Below are positions 26,446 to 40,599 of a stretch of DNA of 64,000 nt, in pieces. Source of the DNA: Camelus dromedarius (taxonomy: Eukaryota). The translations under genes and the position numbers were made by a program. The stretch is from contig NC_087447.1 of assembly GCF_036321535.1 (NCBI RefSeq), positions 52,206,001 through 52,270,000 of the forward strand. Direction: 5' to 3'. Below the pieces are notes generated by a model, which ran no database searches, was not told the origin of the DNA, and saw nothing but the letters and a program-made list of their open reading frames with translations. Position 1 is the stretch's first letter. The number at the start of each line of letters is the position of its first letter.

Positions 26446-26631
26446 CGATGGTGCAGTGCTCGCCATTCCAGCCGGGGCTGCACTCGCACTTGCCGTCCCG
26501 GCAGGTCCCATGCTCCGCGCAGCGCGGGTGGCAGGCACGCTGGTCGCAGGCCGCCCCCATCCAGCCGTCCTCGCAGCGGCAGGTGCCCCCCACGCAGACG
26601 CCGTGGCCACCGCAGTCGGCAGCACAGATCT
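26446..26631 (-). CDS. TENM4: Teneurin-4 coding exon, EGF-like repeats 6-7 (186 nt): [13 protein letters not shown]...[11 protein letters not shown]
   Basis: Acceptor cccccacag|AG, donor ATCG|gtatgg; 62 codons; CpG-rich coding sequence. Confidence 0.97.
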
Positions 26632-29602
26632 CTGTGGGGGGAGGGGCCAGGGAGGGAGGAAAGAGACAAAACCAGAAGTAAGCGAGTCATCCTTGGGAAC
26701 AAAGCTCACACTTGGCTATCTACCACGGCTTCCGTGAGCAGAGGCTCAGGGGGGCTCCTCTGTGGACAGTGACCCTCGGGCAGGAACAATTCTCCAGGCA
26801 GAGGCCTGTACCAAGCCCGCGTCCTCAAGAGAATGGGATGGGCTGCAGGGCTTCGCGCTGTTTGCTTTTCCCTGTTGCCAACCTGTCCCTGCTTTTGTGC
26901 TTGCCGCTTCCAAAGGGGACCGGCCTTCCGAACAGATGTGAGGAAAAGTCGAATTTAATTAAAACCCAGTTATGTGTGAAAACAAAGTGAGGATGAGTCC
27001 CCGATCGCAAAGCGAAGGGCTGGTGGGTCTGGCTGGAGTGTGGGAAGGGTCCTGGGCTTGCGTTTCATTCCAGCCTTGGCTCTAACGGAGGTGGGGTGAG
27101 AGGGAGGTGGACCCCTGCACTCTGTGGGGTCACTCTGGGTGCTTGTTCTGGGCATTTGCTGGGTGCATGTTCTGTCCTCCTGCTCCTGGCTTCCTCACTC
27201 CAGCCCTAAGCACCAGCTAAGGGGCCTTTCCCATCCAAAACAAACAGCTGGGGTGGGGGCGGGGGCACTTCACAGCCAGAGTGGAGTCGTCCAGCCCTTC
27301 ACAAAGGCCCGTCTGTGAGATGGTGCAACACACACACACGACCTGATTCCCAAGCCCCTTGGGCCCAGGGCCAGCGACAGCTTCGTGGCTATGCAGGCAG
27401 ACGCTGTGAAGGGTCTGGAACACAACTGCTTTTTAGGAAGCCGGCTGAACAACTGTGGCCATTGACGCTCTCTGCCAGCACTGTGATGGAGACCCTGACT
27501 CGTGGCCCGACATTCTTCAAATGAAAATCCCAGTGCCTTTAATTTCAAATTAAATTAACTGGCACCCGTGTCAAGTTGCGTTTGCCCATTAGCCCTTCCA
27601 AGCTGTACTCCTGGCTTAGAAGCTACTAATTGTCTAGCTACTTTTGAAAAAGGATAGTAAAATTGGATCTCAGAGGCTCAGAACTTTCATATTAATCCAC
27701 AAGGCAAAGGCTAAAATGTTTGAGAATAAAGAACTCCCTCAAAACCAACAGTGAGAGTTCCCATGTGTAGTGTGTTCCTATGCCCAACACCTTGCCAAGA
27801 AAACTAGCTGGAAAGGGAGGTACTGCAGGCAGTACCACATCAGGTTTCTTGGCTGCCCAGAGAGAGGCTGCTGGAAAACGTGTGGAAAGAGCCCTGACCT
27901 GGAGCCAGGGACCTGGGTTCTACGCAGGGCTTGGGCAGGAGCTGAAGCTGTGTGAGCCTGGGCAGGCTCTCTAATTTCATTGCTGATATGGATGCTGCCT
28001 CATGGCACCTCTGCTGCCCACGGGGGCTGTGAAGAGCACTCAGTGAAGCAGAGGACAGAAAAGGGCATGGCAACGGTCAACGGTCACTAACTCCAGAAAC
28101 GTTTCTCAGGACAGTGAGCTCTAGATTAGGTGTCCAAAGACTGGGTTTGCCAGGTCTGCGCCTGCTCAGCCGCCGATCTTCTGTGTGACCTTGGGAAGGT
28201 CACTTGCCCTCTCTGGAGGTCAGCTCCCTCATCTGCTGCAGAGAAAGGTGATGGCTTCTTAGACTGTGGGAGTCTACAATATACACACCCCTCCATGTTA
28301 CACAGTGTAATCTATCCCCAAGGCTCGGCTGGAGTGACCCTCCTCCCTGGAGAAGTCTCCCACGATTCACCCTGTGGTTATTCTGCTGCTCCTCACCTTT
28401 CCATGTGACACGGTGCACTGCTCTTCTCTTTTCTGTGTCTCTTACTGTCAGACTACGGACACCCTGAGGCTGGATGAATTCTTCTGATCACCTCTGTGCC
28501 TGGTACCCAGCACAGATCTTGGCACAGAACAGACCCTCAATTAAGGTTTGCTGGCTAATGGAAAAATCCTTGTGTTCCCTGGGGCTACAGGAACCTAAGA
28601 ATTTAAGACAATGCAGAGACACCCTGTTCAGCTCAGCTGAGAGTCAGTCCAGGCCAGTCTGCTTATCTCTAGTGAGTTGCCCTCAGGAAAACTTCCCAAG
28701 TAAGGGTGGGGCTGCGGAGCAAAGTGTCAGGATACCATCCAGCAGCCCTCCAGGAATGGGGCTTTCTCAAGATGTTCTTCAAGCTTCCTTGCTTTTTTGC
28801 TCACAGGGACAACATCTTGGGCTTTCCTCAAGACAAAAATGACAATCTCGGGTCCCGGGCCTCCCTGAGTCGGAGATTCCCTCCCTCCTGCACAGCAGTG
28901 CAAGGGCATCGACCCAGGCGACTCCGGAGGCGGGGCCTGCTCTCAGGGCTGGCTGGGACTGTCACCTGAGAGCCCCGAGGGAAGATCAGCTTAGCCTTCA
29001 TTTGGGTTTACTCAGCACTTTTTCCAGGTGGCAGCTGATGATGTGAAAGTAAACAGCAAACAGCACTTCTATTCACTGAGGCGTGAACCAGGAGAGGGAT
29101 GGGCTTCGGAGGACAAAGTCGTGGTGTTTTCAAACCACAGGGCACTTGGAGTTCATGGGGTTGAGGCAGAAGAGGCAGGTCCTCACTAACCGGTAGTTCA
29201 TTTGTTCACTGATTAACCTGGAGGCAGTATGGGTGAAAGAGCGTAAAGCTTGGAATCAGGTGGGGCTCCAAATCTCATTTCTGCCTGTTGTGGGACCTCA
29301 GGCAGCCTATTCAATTGCTCTGAGCTTCGTTTTCACCTTCTGTAAATGGGGATGGTGATAGCACCCGCTTCAGAAGGTACACTGCCCTAATACACGGGGT
29401 ATTCCCACAGACTTCATCATTGTTCCAGCGATATCCCAGCGTGCCTGCTGTGTGCCAGAGACTGCGCCTGAGGCTAGGAATACAGAGGTCAATAAGGTAA
29501 GGTTTCTGCCCTCCAGGAGATCATAGCCCAGCCAAAGACCATCCAAATAACCTCCAGCTGCTACTCACATTGGCACATTTCTTTGCTTATGAGCAATGAA
29601 TA

Positions 29603-30067
29603 TGTGAAGGAAAAGCTGGGCTGGTCTAACAAGGTAACTCACAGGTCTAGGAATGTGAAGGAGAGGCTGGGCTGGGCTAACAAGATAACTCACAAGTCTA
29701 AGTAATGGAATACTGATTTGAGTTCTGCTGGACTAACTTGTAAATCTAAGTTAATTAGTGTTGGTTTGCTGTTTATATTTTTTTGCTAGCCAGCTGGATT
29801 TTCAAAGATACATATGTGGCTTTGGAATGTTGGTTTGCTGCCTCCCCGCCTCCACTTGTGTGATAATGATGCTGCTAAAGCTGTTCCATGCCTATTGGCC
29901 GAATACCCCAAGCTTGTACTTTACCCTACAAAACCTCATGCGCACGTCTTGGAGGTGCTCAGAGCTTTGGAGCAGAAGCCCCTCTGAGCCTGCCGGCGTA
30001 ATACATCTGAGTACTCCAACCCTCCGAGTGGTGCTTGTTTCTTGACTGGCCTGTCGTTTCCGTAACA
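29603..30067 (+). mobile_element. Solo ERV LTR (465 bp, ERV1-like)
   Basis: Starts TGTGAAGG and ends CGTAACA. 4-bp TSD AATA at 29599-29602 and 30068-30071. TATA-like ctacaaaa near 29926 and degenerate polyA signal aataca near 30000. Confidence 0.85.
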
Positions 30068-33000
30068 AATAAAGAACCACGAATCTCAGGATCCAACAGA
30101 TTTGGGATCTACTCTTGGCTTTGTCACTTATTGGCTGGGCAATCTACGAGGTGCAAGTTATGCAATTCATTGACTCTCTCAATGTCCATGTTTTGTAAAA
30201 GGAGGATATTAACTCCCACTTCACCAATCTCACAGGGATGGCGTTAGATCACATGAGGGAATGTGTGGAAAAGCCATTTTTGGCTTAGTAACTAACATTT
30301 ACATCAGGTTTTACAGTTTACAAAGCACTCTTCACATCCAGCTTCTCATTTACCTGTGACAATGCTGCTGTGGGAGCACCTGGCTATTACCCTTAGAGAT
30401 GAAGCTACTGAGACCCCAATAGCAGAGGGGGAATTCTACAAGGTCACATGTTCATCTGGACAGTCCTCAGAGCAAGGCTGCAAGACAGGCATTTCACAAA
30501 CAAGGAAACTGAGTCTCAGACTAGGCAGGGCGGCTCCTGGTTCTTCCAGCAAATCTTTCCCCCGTTTCTGGCCCCATTGCTTAGCCCTTGTTACACTCAA
30601 GCCAGACCCTGGCTATGTGTGAAATGAAAGGAGACTCTCTACATAGAGTTTCCCAGACACCCGGGCTCACTTTTCTCCTCTGGAGACGGCGGAGCTGTCC
30701 CTCCAAACACTCCATTTCCTCGCCAGTTTACACTAGACATGCTCTCCTGGCATGAAGCTAAAGCTGCCTGGTGGCTGGGCACCCCTCCATCAGCCCTTTA
30801 CAAGCTGGACTGTGAGCTCTTACACATTTTAATGGAAGGGGCCTGAGCAGGGGACCTTGATGTTTATGGGGCGCTAAGTGATGGTAACACAGCCTGTCAG
30901 TGTTCAGGTTCTCCTCTGCAGATGGCCTCCCTGCCTGAGTGGAGGAGACCCACTGACTCTCTATGCGAGCAGAAACCTGAGATGCTGTTTTATCATGTGG
31001 CCTCAAGTTGTAGGCCCATTTCTCATTTTATATTTCAATTTTCTTTGTTCTTGAAGTAAAAGAAATGGCTTTATTTTTCTTTCTCCAATTCTGCTTTGAC
31101 ACTAAAGCAGATATAACTTCCCAGAGTGGTTGGTGGTGAAAACCAAATAGGATGAAGCTAAAGAACGTGTTTTGATGCTTAAAGTGTGCCCTTTATGTAA
31201 GGTAAGTGACACTTGGTGAATGTGGGTCACAGGTCATCTCAGTCTCAAGTTTCCTCAGTTGTAAACTGGGGATGATGCCCTCGACTACTATAGACAGCTG
31301 CTGCATGAATGACTCTCATTTGCTTAATTTCTTGAGCACTCGCTGTGACAAATCCTACAGGGGGTACCTAGGGATCCAGTGGTGATTGTGACAAGACATG
31401 GTTTGCTCTTGACCTCAAGGAGTTTAAATTCTAGCATGGCAGATGGACATGGCTGAATTAAACAAGGTAACATGAATGGGAGTGAAGTTTCTGGTATGGA
31501 GCCTGGCACGTCATCAGGATAGGATGCATTGTGCACACACATACTCTTACAAGAGAGGAAATGGGCTGTAGTGGCAAGTGTATCAGACAAGTCAGAAGAC
31601 AGGATGTGAATTCTGACTGATGCAACACACCCGATACCAGTGAGTGTTGGATACAGGCCAGTTGATGCTCATGTGATTAACATCAGAGCTTTCTGACTAA
31701 ATGCTGGAGGGGTGGGGTCTGGGAAGGGTCCTCTGAAGCACTATAGAGCACACAATCTGCAGGGCAGATTTGGATTCAGATTCTGACTCCCCAGTCTTTG
31801 TGGGTCCTTGTGGAGTCCTAGGGAGAATTAATTACTTGATCGCTCTGGGCCATACTTCTTGACCCCCAAACTGGGGTGAGTAATAATAGTCCCCTACAGG
31901 GTGAGTGGTGATAACTGAAGGAAAGGGTAAATGTGAAAGGCTCTATGTAAACAGTGCTATGTATGTTGTGTTATGTACACAACTGATTGATGGGGACCCA
32001 AGATGTCCCGTGTCAGCACAGCTCCTAGTCCTCTAGCAGGAGAGCATCTCCCTAAAGAGTAAAATGTTTCCCCATAGCAGACTCAAATTTGGGTATGCAG
32101 CTCCTTCTCTGGTTACCTAGCATGGCACCATCAGCCAAGACTGCAAGAACACCAAAACCCAGTTAGAAGCCATTTGTGTTTGTAGCCTCAGCTTCCTCTT
32201 GAAATCAGGTGAAAATCCCCAGCCGTCCTAAAACCCTCATGCCAAGTCTGTAAGGAACTGTACAGGGCCTTGGAGATGAACCAGGTCACGTCCAAGGGCA
32301 TCTCCGCTCTTCTCCGGGGGACAGCCACACCCATAGCACCTCCCCTCCCCCACCCATCTCTGCCCTGCCTCCCCGTGTCCGTGTGTGTCTGTCTTCTCTC
32401 TACACTGAAAGCCCATTTGATGGCAGGCTCTAGCTTTTATTCAACTTGTTCCCCAGCAGCAGGCACCAGGCCTGGAACAGCCTGAGCTTTCAGCAAATAT
32501 TTGTTGAAAGAACAGATGCATTTTTTAAAAAAGGCCTCATGAAAGAGGTGTTACATCAGTTGGCTCAACTCTATCTCACTGCCATATTGTATAAAATTTC
32601 TTTGGTTAAATGTTCTCACCCAGTGGCTCAGCCTCCTCTGTGCCTAACCTTTTTAGAAACTCATCTTCTCCAATCTCAGATGGAGAACTTGAAGTCTTCA
32701 GCTGTCTCAGTCCTTCCACCCTCACACACCTCTTCCTTCGCACCAATGCCCATTCACACCCATTCCCCTTCTATGACATGGGAGCAGGTGGACACGTGAT
32801 GAAGACATGAAAAAGGTAGGGAAAAGTATATGGCTTGGTTATTAGTTAATTGTGCTGCAAAGTGTATACACGAGGGAAAAAGCTGCCCCAGGCTCCTCTC
32901 ATTAAATGTTAATCCCCATATGAACCTGGATGAAGCCTGGGACCTATCGTGACTACATTTTAATTCGTCTGGACTTTACAATCCCGTTCATTAAAACGGC

Positions 33001-36000
33001 TGGTGAGGGAAGCCATGCCTTTACCCTAAAGGGAGAGACTTATATATAATTTTCCCATAAAATTTCTTCAACTTGGAAAGATGCTCAAAATTGACCGAAG
33101 TCGGAGATACACAGGACCCCACCCAAGGATATGTGTGCTCTCCTGCTGATCAAGGAACAGATGCAGGTGAGGCCATTTTTAAAATTCTGGAATGTGAAAG
33201 CACAGCCTTGGCCCCATGTGACTCCGGGGAAGTCCTTTAGTAAGTCTGTATTTAGCACTAAAAGGGACAATAGGGAGTATTGCTCTATTCTGCTTAGGAG
33301 TTGAAGTTCTTAGGGTGATCTTAAGAAATTTTAATAAGGGTTAAATAATTTTAAATGATACCTGCCAAGTTTCCCTGTTTCATCACTAGTTCATCTGAGT
33401 TAGTGCATGGTGTGGGGGAATTTCTCTGCAATCTTGGTCCTTGGAAATTCTTTGGAAAATTTCTCATGAAATCCTTGGACACTTTAAGTCCAAGCCCCAC
33501 TAAACAGCATTTGAGACAGAACATAAGGAGAAAATGTAGAACCATTGTTGGTGGCACACAAATATTATCTCATTAAATCCAGACTAGAGAATCTCAAATC
33601 AGACTCTGAGTCTCCTTTGGCACCCTGACCCAATGTCTATCACATTAAGTACTTTTCCTTTTGTTTGTCTATTTATCTTTCTGTTCATCTTTCATCTATC
33701 CATCTGTCTCCCCATCAGCTCATCCATCTGTCCATCCACCCACACATTTAATCATCTAACCAGCTATTCAGCAGCTATTCAGTCAACAGGCCATGTAACT
33801 GCTCATCCATCCACCTAACCAAAAGTGTGACTTGGACAAGTTACTTTATCTTTGTCTGCCTCAGTTTTCTCATCTGCAAAATAGGATAGAAACACCAACA
33901 TCCTAGGTTCATGTGAGGCTTAAATGAACACCATGTAATGTGTCTAATGTCATGTACGTCTTTTATAGAGTAAACACTTACTCTATGGCAACTATATCAT
34001 GTTATGTACTAGAAAGAGGTAGGGGAAGGGAGGGTTTGAAGATCCTGGGGAGAGCAAGGGGAGGATGTGAGCAACTGAGATGCCTCTCAACAGCTGGAGA
34101 GGACTGGATCTGGAGCATAATTGGAGTGACACGCCTCATGGGTTCCTCTTCCCCTGGGGAGAGGTATGCGGCAGACACCTATGTAAGGGACAGGCCAGGA
34201 TAATTTGAGAGCACTTAATCCATGGCCTCAGTAGTCTCAGTGGGGTAGGAATCTGTGCTGAGCAGGATGCTGATGGATAGATGTGGACATCTGAAAGAGC
34301 CCCTTGGGGACTGAGTGCAAGGACTCACAAAGTACAAGCAGAACTGCAGCTGGAAGGGCGCAGGAGGGGCTAAAGATCACAAGCAGGACGTGATTTGGCT
34401 TCCAGTGCTCAGAAGCCTGGCTATGAGATCAGAGATGGTGAGTGGTTGGAACGATCCCGGGTTTTGCAAGGTGGATGTGGAAGAAAGGTGGGGACACAGG
34501 GAGCTGAGGGTGATGAAGGAAGACAGCTGGAGGTGAAGGACCAAGGGAACAGGGGGAATGAAGGAGAAGGAGGGCGAGCCAGGAGAGACCTGATGCTGGG
34601 CAGGAAGTGGCCTGGATCTGGCCTGGGGATCTCCTTCAGGTGGGTTCGGGGGTAAGAGAGAAAAAGAGCAAGAAAACTTACAGGACCAGTTTTCATGGTC
34701 AGAGTACGAGAAGTCACCTCAGAGATTCTCTAGCCATCGTGTAGACAGGAAAACACAAGCCAAAGAGAGGACGTGCCTTGTCCTTGGCCACACAGTGAGG
34801 TGGATGTCAATATTTGAGAAAGTCATGTAAGGGCCCAGCTAGACAAATGGCTAAAAGGTGGTGGTGGGGCGCTCATCACATTCTTTGGGCCCTCCTCTTG
34901 GCCTCTGTGCAGGCTGTCCTCATGGTCTAGGTTTTCCTTTATCCCAGTCTTCACATGTTGAACTCTGGCTACAATGCCACCTCCTCCTTGAAGCCTCCTT
35001 CCAGTGCCACAGCTGGAAGGGGCTTCATCTCCTGCCTTCCTAAAGCACTTTATTATGCAAACCTTTCTTTATCAGTGAAGATAAACCTATCTTTATTAGT
35101 CTACCAGTGTGGCCTCCAGAATCCTGCTGTCATCAGATTCGCCTCTGCATTCCACAGTGAGTCGCCCACAGGAAATGTATCTTTTGACTGCATCCGTGTA
35201 CTGCCAGATTGCAGTGTCTGGTACAGGGCACTCCAGGTAACTATTCAAGGTACCATGATTATGGACAGGACAGAGGCTTGGACTTAGGTAAGCTGGGGAT
35301 AAAAGCCTGCTCTACTACTTCCCAGTTTCAGGAAACAAACACTGCATATATATGAGCCTTGTCTTTGTTATTTATAACATAGCAGCAATGATACCGATTT
35401 ACCAGAATTTAAGTAAATTTACCAGAATTTACTTAAAATTGATTAAAAAATATAGTGAGCACCTACTATGTGCCAGATACCCCTAGATGCTGGGGGTTCA
35501 GAAATTGTATTCAGTTATTCCTATCCCCAAGGAACTCAAGTCTACCTCCGTGTGTAAATGAACACAAAGCTGGCCACCATGCCTGGCACACAACAGGCTA
35601 ATTACAAGTTAACTTTCTCTTCAACTGGCCAGATATCCCTATATTTTGAACAATTTGGTAAGATACTAGCACCACTCCTTCTCCCACTAAACTGGGCAGA
35701 TGGCTTTTTAGTCTCAGTGCAGCCCAGAGGCAGGGAGGGATAGGAAAGGAGCCTCCGACTCTCTTACAGTAATTAGTCTCTTTTTGACATTGAGGCCAGA
35801 CCCAAGCCACTCCCCTATGCTTGTCAACTTCCATCCCTATCACCGGAGAGTGAGAGCTGCTCCAAGCTGTGCCCCTGTCCCACAGATCTAGACAGCAGAA
35901 ACCTAATGAGCCTTGGAAACCACACGGCCTTTCACCTCACTCAAGAAGCTTGGAAAGCTTTCAAACCAAGCAGAAAAGTGGATTCCGGTATGCTGGTGCA

Positions 36001-39000
36001 GAGTGGTCTCCACATCAACTCCTCCAGGACTAGAATGTCAAGTTTTTTGAAGCTCCTCTCACAGGAAGTAGTAAGCCACTGCTCTTTATCTCAATTGGAG
36101 GGTATCTAGCTCCCTGATTAGAGGAGTTCAAAGCTAGCATGGGGGAGGCCTCCAAACAGGGTCTGACTTTGCAGAAGGATAACATGCCAGGAAAGGACTG
36201 GTGAGCAGAGGTGCCAAAAAAGGTGACCAGGATGTGTAGTTTTGGTCCAGGGCTGGACACTAGCCCCACTAAAAAGGCCCAACCTGGTGAACTGAAGAGA
36301 CAGCCAATGTTCAGCCCTCCAGCCCTGATTCCTTCTGTGAAAGGCCCCCCTCTCCACCCAGTCATGTGCTTACTTATCTAACACTCTCCTGGACACCTCC
36401 CCCTAGATGTCCTCCAGGTACTTCAAACTGCATGCCAATATTCGAGTAAGCTTTTTAAAACCAAACCTGACCACATCACACCTCTGCTTGAAACTTTTCA
36501 GTGGCCTCCACTGACAGATAAAATCTAAACTCTTCCAAGGCCATTTGTGACCTGATGCCTACTAACTTCCCTCACTTCTTCTTTCTCTATTGCCATAAAT
36601 ATCTTAAGCTGAGCTACTCCAAATTACTGCTCTTTCCTAGAAAATGCCATGAACGGTTCCATCTTTGTACCTGTTGCAAATCTTTGATTTCCATAATGGG
36701 CTGCTGCAAGGTGCTTTCCTCTCCCTTCCATCTATGCCAACTCAAATCCAATCTCCATTACCCATCTTAAATTCTACCTCCTCCAAGAAGCCACCCCGAT
36801 CACTCGAGGAGCGGAAAGTAATGGCTTTTTTCCTTGACCCCTTGCAGTATTTCCAGGTCCACCATGGTCATGATCCAGTTTACATGCTTCCTGGTGGTGT
36901 CACCAAATGAAGTGGTACCTTATAAACCTGATACCTGATTCATGGACAGTATCAGAGTAACCCTGGTAATAGTCAATGGTAGAGTTATGCAGGGAGAGAC
37001 ACATGAGTTCTGAAGCCAGAGAAAGCTGGATTTGAACCCTTGTTTTCCCAGAATGTCTTTGGGAAAGTCACTCAAATTCCCTGAACCCTGGTTTCCTAGG
37101 AATAACACCATGTGCAATGTCAGAAGCTTATGTATTTGTTCGAATAAATCATGAAGCACATACATGAAGGAGCTCTGTAAAATGTAAATAAAATCTCCAT
37201 TCAAAGAGTAGTTATTATTTTAAAATTACAAGTGATCATACCTGCAGTTTGATTCAGGAAGACAGCTGGAGGTACTGCACAAGGTATCAGCTGGGGCATT
37301 CAAATAGAAACCTGGTTCTGAAGCTCGATTTCAGAAGGGCTTATATTTGCATACTGAAGAGCTCCAACTCTGATAGAAAGTGTTCCAGGGCTGTCGGGGG
37401 AAATTCTACTAAATTACAAAGCTGCCAGCTCTGGGTTTATCAATCTTTTAACTCTGGCACTATTTAGCAGTACACCTATTTGGGCCCAATTTCCCAGTCT
37501 CTGATTAAATGTTAGTAACTGACCATCTCATCGTGACTAAACCTCCACACGACTTCCCAGACAACTGGTGGGCTCTTCTCTGCCTCCAGCACCTCCTCCT
37601 CCTCTGCTTCACTGTCAGTCTCTTGGATATTTATTATTCTGAACTTTGATTGTAGGCTGTCACTTGCTGTTGGGAAGGGGCACAGGAAATGTCAAGTCTC
37701 AACAGATATGACTCCTTGGGTGAAATTCTAACCTCGAGTTTTCCCTCCCAGAACATACCTATACAGAAATAGCCCAGCCTAATCATTTCCTTTTGATGTT
37801 TAATTGGATGTTGGTGCCGTGCTTTCCGGGCTGAGAAGCTAATGCTTCTCAGAGAGGGAACAATTCCGGCTACACAAATGAGACTTGTAACAGGGGAGAA
37901 TGCTCAACGCTGAATCTAATTTTCTCTCCCATCCATGAACAGAAGACAGTTTCTCTGGCATTAAAGCATCTCACTCAGTCTTTCTGTCATTAATAAGAAT
38001 TAAATTCTGTTCTCTCAAATCTAAATGTAATTATATTTTGCCTTGTAAATAAAATTGAATTACCATTTTCAAAATTTAGCACTAATGCAACTGCTATGTT
38101 TAGAGCATCAATTTTTTTTTAACCCTGTTGCAACTTTCAGCTTTTATTATTATTTTTTTTTAAAGCATTGGGCTTATTTTGCTGTCAACTGTGACTTAAC
38201 TTGATTACAAAGCCTCTCTGTTCCCTATCTATCTGGTCATTTTTGTTATTATTTATGCTTTGTGATTTGCTTTTCTTTTTGGTAGGAAAGGAGAGTAACA
38301 GAGAACAAATTGAAAGATCAGAGGATCTGAGTTTGAATCCTAGAAGGTCTCCCTAAGTTAAGGTAGGACCTAGGTCAGGCTGCACTGACAGAGTTACTTT
38401 AAGAGCCCTGACATGGAGTGTGAAAGGGAAATCTTCAAGGTGCATTGAAAAGATTTTAATCTGAGATTTTCAGCAAGACATTCAGTGGACTCTATGATTG
38501 GGACCCTGCCTCCCTTTATGGCCTTACTTCCTCACCCACCTCCATGGTCCTACTCTCCAAACCGAGGTAGGACTGCTCTGTACTCCTGCACAGGCTGTTC
38601 CCTCTGCCTGGACAGCCATCCCCTCCTCTGCCTCCAGGAAGCCCCTCTTCAGTTCCCTCTCACAGCCTGACTCACAAGTCTCCATCGTGGGGAAGACCTT
38701 CCCAGGTTCCCCTCTGCCCGCTTCCTGGGCGAGCACACTGCTCCTGCCCTTGTGCCCCCAGACCCTGCTGTCCACATGTCAGTGAGAGGTCTTAATAGGC
38801 TGCTTAACTGGGTGTCACTTCCCGAGTGGTGCGGAGGTCAGAAAGGTTGGTGAGTGAATGAAGTGGACGTGTGTGCTTCCAGTGGTGGGTGCATGTCCGG
38901 AGCTGTTCTGGGTGCTCTCTGAAGGGCTGTGCTCGTTTCTGGAAAGGATCTCAGGAAGCCCATGACCCTGAGAGGAGGCCGATGCTAGGCCGATGCACTG

Positions 39001-40599
39001 TGGGGCCCTTGTGCTGGTGTTTGGGGATGAATGTGTCAGCACTTTCATGACTCTTCATCAAGACTCGATGACCAGAGTTGGTGGCTGGGCCTGGGGTGGC
39101 AGAGAGTCTCAGAAAACAGAAGGAAACTGAGCCTCTGGGAGAGAAAGCCCGTTGTTCAAGGTCACATAGACTCAAATCCAGGTCTCGCTCCAAACCTTTA
39201 CCATATAAACTGCCCTCAACCTTAAATTTGTTAGAGTCAGAGGACTGTTTGGCTAATCTAGACTTAATCACGCACTCTAAAAATACACATGAATACTTAC
39301 TTATTGGGTGCTTACTGAGTGCTAGCCACCACGTTAGGCATTTTATACACACATATTACAGCTAATTTGAAAACCAGCCCTGCAAGGCAGCTATCATTAG
39401 CCAGAGTCTTTGGATAAGCTCAGTCTTGAAAATCTACCTTGGTCCCTCTCCAAATCCCATGCAACTCTTCCTGACTCCACATGCTAACTCCAAACCTGTC
39501 CCACTGAATCGCTAAAAGATCTCCACCTGTTATTCCATGAAACTCAATTGCAGTGAAATGATAAGAATCATAAACCACCAGCACGAGCATTTTACAATCG
39601 GAATCTCTGCCACATACTGCTTCTGTGAGCCAGCAACCCAAAGGAATAAGATGTAGTGAGAGGGCCCTCTCAAATAAAAGTCATTTATGGAAGACAAGAT
39701 TGGAGAGGGCTCACAGAGCGGTGGAAATGAGGGATGAATTTATGAGGCTGAGGACAGAGACGGCTGGGCTGGGGTGGAGGAGAAGGAAGCCCTGAGGGGG
39801 AGCCCGCGAAGGGGCAAATGATGGGTTTAAGGGATTGCATCCGAAACGGCACTTCTGGAAAACACCACAGAGCCTGAAATATACTTCAGAAGTTGTTAGG
39901 CTCTGAAAGAAAGGTAGGCTTTTCCAGTTTTAAGGACCATCTCAAAGAGGTTAAATTCCTCCCCTTTCCTAAGGTGGCTCTGAGCCCAGAGGATGAAAAG
40001 CCAGCTAAAGTACTTGGTGGTGGGGTGGCTGTGGCAGAGGAAGAGTCCTGCTCAGCAGGGCTGCTGGATGTGCCCACTTTATGCAAAAGCTGAAGAGGCA
40101 TTCAGCCCAGCAGGGCTACTCCCTGGGGAAGATGGCCTGAAGGAGGTGAAATGATGCCAGCTCTCATCCAGGAGGGGTGCTGGCTGGCACTGCACATGGA
40201 ATGAACATGAGCTAGGTCTGGGAAGTGAGAGCAGGAGCCCAGGGATTTGGTTTTAGTCGTGCAGAGTGTTATATGTGTGTGGGTTGAGGGGGTGGTATGG
40301 AAAAGGTGGGGGGAGGGGGTGGGGAGGGGTGGGGAGTCCTGAGAGAAGGGATAGACTGTCTAGCTGGTAGTGTGCTGGGATCTTCCTGTGCAGATAATGA
40401 ACAATACAACCTTTAGCTATAGCCACTCAGTCCTCTTTGATAATTCCTTGGATAAGTCATTCATTCAAAAATCACTAGAACCTACTGGGTGTCAGGTCCT
40501 ACACTAGACAGAATGACAGATTCCGACTTTATGGGGTTCTCAGTTTGGCAAGAGAGAGGTATGATTATAATACATTGCTCAGTACTCCTGAGAGCTTAC

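Noticed and set aside
26191..26737. Long ORFs (148-176 aa) overlapping the EGF6-7 exon in other frames and strands, with similar ORFs at 11.0-11.6, 44.9-45.3, 50.7-51.1 and 55.2-55.7 kb
   Set aside because: Shadow ORFs caused by GC-rich, stop-poor coding sequence; no recognisable protein.
29603..29704. Repeat pair as a CRISPR-like array
   Set aside because: Two adjacent units with no spacer, inside an LTR in a mammalian intron.
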